Shown here: positions 8,871 to 15,826 of the stretch, piece by piece
Layout of the letters: each line of letters starts with the position of its first letter
Position numbering within the stretch: the stretch's first letter is position 1
Origin: Pyrobaculum aerophilum str. IM2
GTDB taxonomy: Archaea > Thermoproteota > Thermoprotei > Thermoproteales > Thermoproteaceae
Direction: 5' to 3'
DNA: 32,000 nucleotides
Assembly: GCF_000007225.1 (NCBI RefSeq)
Contig: NC_003364.1
Span: 510,001 to 542,000 of the forward strand
The notes under the pieces: generated by a model
What the model saw: only the letters and a program-made list of their open reading frames with translations
What the model was told of the DNA's origin: nothing
Databases searched by the model: none
Translations under genes and position numbers: made by a program

Positions 8871-10913
8871 GTGTCTCTTGAAATTGAGTTGGATCTCCTC
8901 CGCGACAAGTTCAGAGAGCTGGTGACTAGCAACGAGAAGATATCAGACGAGGTGATTAACATTATCATACAGAGGAAGAGATCCCTTGAAGTGGACTTCC
9001 ACGACATTTTAATGTTCGACAAGTCGCTGGCAGACTTAGTCGTAGAGAGGCCTAAGCTAGTGCTACCAGAGGCGGACAAGGTAGTTAGAGAGATAGTGGA
9101 AGAGAAAGACCCCGAGACGGCAAAGGCGCTTAAACGCTTTTACTTCAGAGTGAGGGGCTCCCCCCTGTCTGTCTCCCTGAGGAAACTGAGGTCTGAGTAT
9201 ATAGGGAGGTTGATAAAAATAGAGGGGATTGTCACTAGACAGACGCCGCCTAAACACTTCCTCTACAAGGCTCTGTATAGATGTACACAATGCGGCTACG
9301 AGATAGAGCTGTTGCAAGAATTAGAGCGCCACGTAGAGCCGCCGGCCAAGTGCCCCAGATGCGGCGCATCTAAAAGCTTCACGCTGGTCACAGAGCTCTC
9401 TCAATACATCGACTGGCAGAAAGTCATCGTCCAGGAGAGGCCCGAGGATCTTCCCCCAGGCCAGTTGCCTAGAAGCGTGGAGGTGGTCTTACTAGACGAC
9501 TTAGTGGACACGGTGAAGCCCGGCGACATAATCTCACTAACTGGAGTCGTGGATTTGACTCTAAGCGAGTTGAAAAAAGGCAGGCCCCCTATTGTCACCT
9601 CTTACATACAGGGCGTGCACGTTGATACAATGAATAAAGAGCTCGTCGAGGAGATAACTAAAGAGGACGAGCAGAAAATTCTAGAAATTTCGAGGAGGCC
9701 CGACGTGAGGGAGTTAATAATAAGATCCATAGCCCCCTCTATATACGGCTACGAGGAGGTGAAAGAGGCAGTGGCCTGCCTCCTCTTTGGCGGAAATGAA
9801 ATAGTATACCCCGACGGGGTGAGGGTGAGGGGGGATATAAACATACTCCTAATCGGCGACCCCGGCACTGCCAAGTCGCAGTTGTTAAAATTCGTGGCGA
9901 AAATCGCGCCGCGCGCTGTCTACACAACTGGGAAGGGCTCCTCAGCCGCCGGCCTCACAGCCGCCGTGGTGAGGGATAAGCTCACTGGGGAGTTCTACTT
10001 AGAGGCCGGCGCCCTAGTCCTCGCAGATAAAGGCGTTGCGGTAATAGACGAAATAGACAAAATGGACGCCAAGGACAGAGTGGCCCTCCACGAGGCCATG
10101 GAACAAAACACCGTCTCAATCAGCAAGGCGGGTATAGTCGCCACTCTCAACGCCAGGGCTGCAGTGCTGGCGGCGGCAAACCCAGCCTTCGGCAGATACC
10201 TCCCCAACAGAACAGTGGCGGAGAACATAGACCTCCCCGTCTCTCTCCTCAGCCGCTTCGACCTTATATTTGTAATTAGAGACGAGCCCAGGGAGGAGTT
10301 CGACTCGGCGGTCGCCGGCCACATATTAGATCTCCACTCAGGGAAAACCCCAGAGGCCTTCCGAGACGTCTTGAGGCCCGACTTCCTTAGGAAATACATC
10401 ATGTACGCCAGGAGGTACGTGAGGCCGATCCTAAGCGAAGAGGCCAAGGAGAGGATAAAGGCCTTCTACCTAGAGATGAGAAAAAGGTACCAGGGCCCGG
10501 GCACAGCCATCGCCATAACAGCCAGACAGCTAGAGGCGTTAATACGCCTCACAACCGCAGAGGCAAAAATGAGGCTGTCCCCAATAGCCGCAGCCGAAGA
10601 CGCGGAGAGGGCCATAAGGCTTTACCTCGCCTTCCTTAAGTCCGTGGGAATAGACATAGAATCGGGCGCGATAGACATAGACGCAATAATAACCGGCGTG
10701 CCCGCGTCGAGGAGAGAGGCCTATATAAAAGTAGTTGAGCTCTTGAAAAAACTAGAAGAGGCGGAAAGAGGCCCGGTCAAAATAGACCGCCTAAAAGCAG
10801 AGGCCGAAAAGCTGGGAATCCCGCCAGCGGAGGTGCAGAGAATAGTAGAGCTGTTAATACGCAACGGCGAGGCCTACACGCCGCGCCCGGGCTATATCAA
10901 GCGGGTGGGATAA
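8871..10913 (+). CDS. mcm: MCM replicative helicase
   Basis: The Zn ribbon is CTQCGYE...CPRCGAS, Walker A is GDPGTAKSQ, Walker B is VIDEIDKM, and the arginine finger is SRFDLIF. The C-terminus is wHTH-like. The protein is 680 aa with a GTG start. Confidence 0.95.
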   Translation: MSLEIELDLLRDKFRELVTSNEKISDEVINIIIQRKRSLEVDFHDILMFDKSLADLVVERPKLVLPEADKVVREIVEEKDPETAKALKRFYFRVRGSPLSVSLRKLRSEYIGRLIKIEGIVTRQTPPKHFLYKALYRCTQCGYEIELLQELERHVEPPAKCPRCGASKSFTLVTELSQYIDWQKVIVQERPEDLPPGQLPRSVEVVLLDDLVDTVKPGDIISLTGVVDLTLSELKKGRPPIVTSYIQGVHVDTMNKELVEEITKEDEQKILEISRRPDVRELIIRSIAPSIYGYEEVKEAVACLLFGGNEIVYPDGVRVRGDINILLIGDPGTAKSQLLKFVAKIAPRAVYTTGKGSSAAGLTAAVVRDKLTGEFYLEAGALVLADKGVAVIDEIDKMDAKDRVALHEAMEQNTVSISKAGIVATLNARAAVLAAANPAFGRYLPNRTVAENIDLPVSLLSRFDLIFVIRDEPREEFDSAVAGHILDLHSGKTPEAFRDVLRPDFLRKYIMYARRYVRPILSEEAKERIKAFYLEMRKRYQGPGTAIAITARQLEALIRLTTAEAKMRLSPIAAAEDAERAIRLYLAFLKSVGIDIESGAIDIDAIITGVPASRREAYIKVVELLKKLEEAERGPVKIDRLKAEAEKLGIPPAEVQRIVELLIRNGEAYTPRPGYIKRVG

Positions 10914-10968
10914 GCATAGATCCCGCCTACGCGCAGAAAACTTTAATTTACTCACGACGGGGATAAAC

Positions 10969-11430
10969 GTGTCTATAGCTATCTCAGCGCCAGTAGCTGA
11001 GGCGTTGAGAAAGGCGGCAGGAGATAAGGATATTGAGGAGTTTCTAGTTGAGCTACTCTCAGCCAGGCTAGACCCCCCTGAGCGAGTTCAACTCTACCTC
11101 AAGCTACATGAGAAATACTTGAGAGAGGCGGAGGATCTCTACGCGAGAGGCGATCTCCTGCAAGCTGGGGAGAAGTACTGGGGGGCGGCGACTGCGTTGC
11201 TTAACGCTATTGCCGAGAGGCGGGGCTGGGAACATTACAGCCACCGGGACTACAACGTCATAATTAGAAGGCTTTACGAGGAGACTGGGGATAAAGAACT
11301 GGTAATTGGCTTCAGAATGGCGGAGGGCTTACACGCCAACTTCTACCACAACTACATGGGGCCTAAGGACTTCCAATTACACAGAGAGGCTGCACTCAAG
11401 CTGATAGAGAAGCTCAAATCACTTCTCTAA
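10969..11430 (+). CDS. PaREP1-family protein (HEPN-clan helical domain)
   Basis: HEKYLREAEDLYARGDLLQAGEKYWGAATALLNAIAERRGWEHYSH...GLHANFYHNYM matches my recollection of the Pyrobaculum PaREP1/PaREP8 family consensus. It contains an Rx4H string (RRGWEH). Confidence 0.65.
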   Translation: MSIAISAPVAEALRKAAGDKDIEEFLVELLSARLDPPERVQLYLKLHEKYLREAEDLYARGDLLQAGEKYWGAATALLNAIAERRGWEHYSHRDYNVIIRRLYEETGDKELVIGFRMAEGLHANFYHNYMGPKDFQLHREAALKLIEKLKSLL

Positions 11431-11738
11431 GCCGCCTTAAACAAGCCAGGCTAACTACAGAGCGAGAACGTAGCGGCGCTGTTGGAGACGGAATAACGGG
11501 AAGAGGGGCTTCACAATATACGTGAGACGCAAAATTGCGCTCAGGGCTATGCCGGCAACCCGTCGCCGCAAGTACACGCATGGCGCTGGATGAGGACGGC
11601 CTACTGGATTTCGGGTAGAGCCTAAATTCGCCTGCGGATTACCCCAGTCAGTTACTCAAGCGGAGGCTCAAGGCGCTGAGAAAAGGCAGAATTTTTCAAT
11701 ACACACGGCAAGGCCCAAGCTCGGAAGGTAAAACGCGT

Positions 11739-11756
11739 AAAATAAATATAGATAAA
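11739..11756 (+). promoter_or_regulatory. TATA-like box upstream of ORF 11769 and the HEPN-MNT pair
   Basis: aaaataaatatagataaa is centred about 22 nt upstream of GTG 11769, the spacing expected for a leaderless archaeal transcript. Confidence 0.4.
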
Positions 11757-11768
11757 GGATGGACACTC

Positions 11769-12077
11769 GTGACACTTCAGTCTCCTCTTCGGATAGAGAT
11801 CGCCGTCAGCAGAGGGAGGCGTACGCCTATGGCTGAGGGCGCGTCTGTGCGCCTAGCGGCTTACTTCGAAAAAGACGCGCTTGAGAAAGTCAGCTTCATA
11901 GAGGCAAGTGAAAGAGACGCCGTTTCCCTAAACGCCGTTGCTGAAAGGGCGGAGCGGAAATGCCGCAGTCCGCCCAGGAAAGCAATACAAACTGAGCTTC
12001 CGCTTAAATTTCCGCCAGAAATCCCCTGCCGAGACATCGTGAAAAAACTGGCGTCGCCGTACCAAGACCCAAGTTAA
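11769..12077 (+). CDS. Hypothetical 102-aa protein, or the untranslated 5' part of the HEPN-MNT transcript
   Basis: The GTG start sits at leaderless distance from a strong TATA-like box, and the stop lies immediately before the HEPN start codon (12079). I recognise no motif, so coding status is uncertain. Confidence 0.3.
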   Translation: MTLQSPLRIEIAVSRGRRTPMAEGASVRLAAYFEKDALEKVSFIEASERDAVSLNAVAERAERKCRSPPRKAIQTELPLKFPPEIPCRDIVKKLASPYQDPS

Positions 12078-12078
12078 T

Positions 12079-12456
12079 ATGGGCAGAGAAGAGGTGGAAA
12101 TATTGGGAGCCCGCCTATTTTTAGAAGTAGCTAGAGAAGACCTAAGGGCAGGCAGATACGACCTCGCGGCTTTTCACAGCGAGCAAGCCGCACAACTCGC
12201 GTTGAAATACCTGCTGGCCTCTACTATTGGCCACTATCCCCATACCCACTCTCTAGAAGTGTTATTTAAATTAGCTAAGGCCGTGAGAGAGGACGTTTGG
12301 AGGCTTTACGAGGAAAATAGAATGGCGTTTGAGGTAATGGAAGACGCCTATCTAGGCGGGAGGTACCTCCCCAGAAGATATGCAAAAGAGGTGGCGGAGC
12401 ACCTAGTGGAATTAGCCGGGAGAGTCGTAGAGCTATGTGCCTCCAGTACCTCCTAG
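12079..12456 (+). CDS. HEPN-domain protein, partner of the adjacent minimal nucleotidyltransferase
   Basis: AAFHSEQAAQLALKYLLASTIGHYPHTHSLEVLF and EDAYLGGRYLP are the two conserved HEPN blocks (A.e.alKa.l...G...ktH.L..L and Y..sRYp). It overlaps the downstream MNT gene by 22 nt. Confidence 0.8.
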   Translation: MGREEVEILGARLFLEVAREDLRAGRYDLAAFHSEQAAQLALKYLLASTIGHYPHTHSLEVLFKLAKAVREDVWRLYEENRMAFEVMEDAYLGGRYLPRRYAKEVAEHLVELAGRVVELCASSTS

Positions 12457-12773
12457 CAAGAAGGCGGGTGTTAGAAAACTGGCGGGAGTACGTAGAGGCG
12501 CTATGCGCCGTAGCAAAGGCCCTGTTGGGAAAGGCGCGGGTCATTGTATTTGGAAGCGTCGCCAGAGGGGACTGGGCTCCCGACAGCGATATAGACGTCC
12601 TCATTGTCTCGCCCAACGCCCCAGACGACCCCTGGAAGCGCGCCGAGATATCCCTGACGCTGAAAGACGCCGCCGGAGAGGCCTCCTCAGTCCTCGAGCT
12701 ACACATAGTGACTCCCCGGCAGTACGAGGACTGGTATAAAAAATTCATAGACGCCGAGGTGAAAATCTGTTAA
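12435..12773 (+). CDS. Minimal nucleotidyltransferase (MNT), Pol-beta superfamily
   Basis: VIVFGSVARGDWAPDSDIDVLIV is the hG[GS]x9-13DhDh signature. At 112 aa and overlapping the HEPN gene, it fits a HEPN-MNT toxin-antitoxin-type pair. Confidence 0.85.
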   Translation: MCLQYLLARRRVLENWREYVEALCAVAKALLGKARVIVFGSVARGDWAPDSDIDVLIVSPNAPDDPWKRAEISLTLKDAAGEASSVLELHIVTPRQYEDWYKKFIDAEVKIC

Positions 12774-12781
12774 CTCTGGGT

Positions 12782-12798
12782 AAAAGATATTTAAAAAA
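12782..12798 (+). promoter_or_regulatory. TATA-like box for the Trp-repeat gene
   Basis: aaaagatatttaaaaaa is centred about 23 nt upstream of GTG 12813. Confidence 0.4.
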
Positions 12799-12812
12799 GT
12801 CGGGGTGTATAC

Positions 12813-14048
12813 GTGGCGCTGACGCCAGAGGAGAAGCGCAAATTCCTCAAGGCGCTTGAAGAAGACGAAGAGTTCAGACTGGCAGTTGCCGGGGCCATAG
12901 GACTCGGAGAGGTGTTAAAAGAGCTGAGAGATTTAAGAGCCCAGTCGGAGAGATGGCAGAGGAGGTGGAATAGGACTTGGAAAGCCTTTCTCCAGGAAAA
13001 CAACAAAAGATGGGAGGAGAACGAGAGGCGGTGGTTAGAGTGGTATGAGAACTGGAGAAAATTCCTTGAGGAAAACAGTAAGAGGTGGGAAGAGAACGAA
13101 AGGCGGTGGCAAGAATGGTATAAGACTTGGAAACAATTCCTGGAGGAGAATAACAAGCGGTGGGAGGAGAACGAGCGCAAGTGGCGCGAGTGGTATGAGA
13201 ACTGGAAACAATTCTTAGAGGAGAACAACAGAAGATGGGAGGAAAATGAAAAACGGTGGCAAGAATGGTATAAGACTTGGAAAGAGTTCCTAGAGGAAAA
13301 CAACAAAAGGTGGGAGGAGAACGAGAAGAGGTGGCAGGATTGGTACGAAACGTGGAAGAGGTTTTTAGAAGAGAACAATAAGAGGTGGGAGGAAAATGAG
13401 AGGCGGTGGTTAGAGTGGTACGAGACATGGAAAAAATTCCTAGAAGATAACAGTAGGAGATGGGAGGAGAACGAGAGGAGATGGCGCGAGTGGTACGAGA
13501 CTTGGAGAAAATTTCTGGAGGAAAACAGCAAAAGGTGGGAGGAGAATGAAAAACGGCGGCTAGAATGGTACAAGACTTGGGCAGAATTCCAAGAGGACTA
13601 TAGGAAGAGGTGGGACGAGGCCAATAAGAAGTTCCAGTGGCTCATGTCGGCTCTGGAGGATATAAGAGACGCCCTCGGCGGCGGGTTTGAGTACTACACA
13701 GCTAGAGTAGTAGAGGCGTTGCTTAAAGAAAGGGGAGTTGAATGCTCCGTGCGAGTAAACGTCGCACTTCCGGTAGACGGCTTCAAGGAAGTCGACATCT
13801 TCTGCCCACAGCCGCTGGTAGTGGGAGAGGTGTCCGTGGCCGTGAGAACGGCGGAGGAGGCAGAGGGGCTTATAGAACAGCTCAGGAGGTCAGTACAAGC
13901 CGCCGAGAAGCTCACTGGGTCAAAGACGTATGTGAAAGTGCTGGCCGTAGAGTTCGCCTCACAAGAGGCGGCAGAGCGGCTGAAAAAGCTGGCTGAGGAA
14001 GAAGGGGCGCTTTTAATACTAGGCAGAGAGTACCCCCGCCCGTACTGA
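12813..14048 (+). CDS. Trp-rich 25-residue tandem-repeat protein with a C-terminal restriction-endonuclease-like (PD-(D/E)xK-like) domain
   Basis: The 411-aa ORF has 36 Trp, counted from the translation. The core is eight full and two degenerate copies of FLEENNKRWEENERRWxEWYxTWKx. The N-terminus is LTPEEKRKFLKALEEDEEFRLAVAGAIGL. The C-terminal roughly 130 aa (FKEVDIF...VVGEVSVAV...KVLAVEF...GALLILG) has the strand pattern of a nuclease-fold domain, with Ser at the Lys position. Confidence 0.85.
   Translation: MALTPEEKRKFLKALEEDEEFRLAVAGAIGLGEVLKELRDLRAQSERWQRRWNRTWKAFLQENNKRWEENERRWLEWYENWRKFLEENSKRWEENERRWQEWYKTWKQFLEENNKRWEENERKWREWYENWKQFLEENNRRWEENEKRWQEWYKTWKEFLEENNKRWEENEKRWQDWYETWKRFLEENNKRWEENERRWLEWYETWKKFLEDNSRRWEENERRWREWYETWRKFLEENSKRWEENEKRRLEWYKTWAEFQEDYRKRWDEANKKFQWLMSALEDIRDALGGGFEYYTARVVEALLKERGVECSVRVNVALPVDGFKEVDIFCPQPLVVGEVSVAVRTAEEAEGLIEQLRRSVQAAEKLTGSKTYVKVLAVEFASQEAAERLKKLAEEEGALLILGREYPRPY
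12987..13586 (+). repeat. Eight in-frame 75-bp tandem repeats (25-aa units), flanked by degenerate units at about 12912-12986 and 13587-13661
   Basis: Unit boundaries (the TTY codon of FLEEN) fall at 12987, 13062, 13137, 13212, 13287, 13362, 13437 and 13512. The copies differ mainly at synonymous or conservative sites; for example WEENE is encoded as tgggaggagaacgag, tgggaagagaacgaa and tgggaggaaaatgaa. Confidence 0.95.
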
Positions 14049-14714
14049 CGCGTCGTAGGCGCGTATAACGTCCGGAGGAAAGACGCGGTAGATCTTAGGA
14101 GAATCGCGTCGTAATTCTTCAACGCGCTGGCCCGCGACCAGATATGCTCAACACGCTACAATGTCGCAGTGCTGATCGCAATCGTGCTGGCGGAATTACA
14201 GAGCTGAGTATTACGAGGTAGCGGCAGAGCCCGCGGAGAGGTTTGGGCTAAGGCGTTACTACGCGACGATAAGAATAATAGCCTGTAAGTACTAGGCAGT
14301 GGCTTGGCATATAAAAGCGTGGGAGAGGGCTTCGCTTGCGTTGAGGAGTTTATAACGTATATAGCAGGCGCTGTAGCTGTTAAATAGCGTGGCCGAGGGG
14401 TTCAGGTAGTACTTCGCCAGAAGAAACAACGTATCACTCGTCGTTTTATTCGGCTCAGCCTTCCGCCGGGAGTACACCCGCGACGGGCTGGAAAAAACGA
14501 CTTCCAACGCCTCTTATTTGCATCCCTCAAAATGCCAATAGAGGTAGCCCCCTCAGCGACTTGCCGCCCAGGCTATGGTTCGAGGTGCTAAGATGGGGCT
14601 CACCGTGAAAGACGCCGCCCTCGCAGAGGCCAGACGGCTGGCAGTCGCCGAGACGCAGAGCTGAGTCGCTGCGCAGGCGAGGCTTTGGGCAGTGCTGGTC
14701 GGCGTTTACACCAC

Positions 14715-14726
14715 AAAATATATAAA
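14715..14726 (+). promoter_or_regulatory. TATA box of the pilin-like gene
   Basis: aaaatatataaa is centred about 26 nt upstream of ATG 14746, the spacing of a leaderless transcript. Confidence 0.5.
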
Positions 14727-14745
14727 CTAGGACGTCCACCCGCTT

Positions 14746-15168
14746 ATGCCAACCAAATTAAAAGGAATGACAAGCCTAGAAATCGCAATAATAGTGGCAA
14801 TAGTGTTAGTAATCGCAATAGCAGTAGGCTGGTACCTATACACCACATTTGCATCGGCTGGACAACAAGCATCGCTAACAGTTGTAACCGGTAATATTAC
14901 AAAAAAGACATCTAGCATTACGCTTTACCTTAGAGTTATACCTCAAGGCGGAGCATCGGTGCAAATTCAAGCTATTGAAATTGCTGGCAAATCAATAACA
15001 GCCATAAAGGTAAATAATGAGACTACTAATATAGTTACTGGTCCAGCATGGGTAACTGCAGATCTTACCAAACAAGTTGATGTGGCTGTTGGCCAAGTGC
15101 TTACTGGAAGGGTTGTACTTAGCAACGGAGCCGTAGCACCTTTCACTGTTTCAGTCTTAGCTGGATAA
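14746..15168 (+). CDS. Type IV pilin-like protein with a class III (prepilin-type) signal peptide
   Basis: The N-terminus MPTKLKG/MTSLEIAIIVAIVLVIAIAVGWYLY has a basic leader ending in KG, Glu at +5 of the predicted mature end, and a 20-residue hydrophobic helix. A beta-rich, Cys-free domain of about 100 aa follows (ITLYLRVIPQGGASVQIQAIEIAG). The gene has clearly lower GC than its flanks. Confidence 0.75.
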   Translation: MPTKLKGMTSLEIAIIVAIVLVIAIAVGWYLYTTFASAGQQASLTVVTGNITKKTSSITLYLRVIPQGGASVQIQAIEIAGKSITAIKVNNETTNIVTGPAWVTADLTKQVDVAVGQVLTGRVVLSNGAVAPFTVSVLAG

Positions 15169-15200
15169 CAGACATAGGGCTAGACATAGAAGAATTAAAA

Positions 15201-15227
15201 TATTTTTTGGTTCTTTTTTGATTTTTA
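15201..15227 (+). terminator. Oligo-T terminator region after the pilin-like gene
   Basis: Three T5-T6 runs (tattttttggttcttttttgattttta) lie 35-60 nt after the stop codon. Oligo-T tracts are the usual archaeal termination signal. Confidence 0.55.
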
Positions 15228-15826
15228 AGGGGGTTGCGAGGATTTTGGTTTCAGTTCATTTTTCTTAGTTGGTTTGTTCTTATGCATCTGTAAAGGCGTT
15301 AATATATGCTACTGGGTTCTTCTAGCCCTGTGAAGGTAGTGTGGTTGAGACAAGAGAGGCGTAAAATCGTAGTGTGCCTTTCATCGGATTTATAAGGTTA
15401 TTTCTATATAGCTGTAGCTCATAGGCATTAAGACGTGATGGTTGTCCTGGCGCAACCTGAACACAGTCTTTTATAACTTCTGCATATAGCAGTACAATAT
15501 AGGAGTTTTATATGGCTTATAATCCGACGTGTTAAAGGCGCATATTGTTACCATTTTTAAGAAGAGTAGGTGTTCTAGATTGCTATTATTGATACGCGTT
15601 CTTGGTATATGACTTTTAGGGCCAGTGGGTTAAATATCTGAAGTCTGTAAAGACTATGAAATGGTCATCTCAGGGCATTTCCATGAACAAGATTATAGGC
15701 ATTAAGGGATTTGAAAGTCGCGCACTCCTGGACACCACTTGCTACGCACATTCGTCACAAGCAGAGAAAGTAGCAATGTATTATCTACGTCGGCTATTCA
15801 AACATTTCAAAGGTGAACTGTTGACC

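Noticed and set aside
8831-10447. Antisense ORFs inside mcm (82, 84, 65, 62, 150 and 68 aa on the minus strand).
   Set aside because: They are shadow ORFs opposite an unambiguous MCM coding sequence, with no motifs or promoters.
12437-12739. A 100-aa Arg-rich alternative frame overlapping the MNT gene.
   Set aside because: Its composition (RRRRG, PRRP) is that of an out-of-frame artefact. The MNT frame carries the GSx10-13DxD nucleotidyltransferase signature.
12791-13573. Long antisense ORFs (260 aa and 184 aa) with SSHLLLFSSRNF-type repeats opposite the Trp-repeat gene.
   Set aside because: Their low-complexity Ser/Leu/Phe/His composition is simply the complement of the repeat. They stay open only because the repeat unit lacks stops in those frames. 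The sense strand has a promoter, a non-repetitive N-terminus and a C-terminal domain.
12987-13586. The regular 75-bp tandem repeats could be mistaken for a CRISPR array or a non-coding satellite.
   Set aside because: The units are contiguous with no unique spacers. They keep one reading frame inside a 411-codon ORF, and they diverge mainly at synonymous sites. They are coding repeats.
14570-14600. A tRNA-like T-arm string (ggttcgagg) in the spacer upstream of the pilin gene.
   Set aside because: No complementary acceptor, D or anticodon stems can be drawn around it, and it does not match the GGTTCGAATCC consensus beyond 7 nt.
15656-15826. The 83-aa ORF 15656..15907 considered as an independent gene.
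   Set aside because: Its 3' end is better explained as the true start of the GT39 gene (ATG 15827) running in the wrong frame after the A7 run. The upstream 57 codons are AT-rich with no recognisable motif or promoter. Their status is unresolved, so I do not call them.
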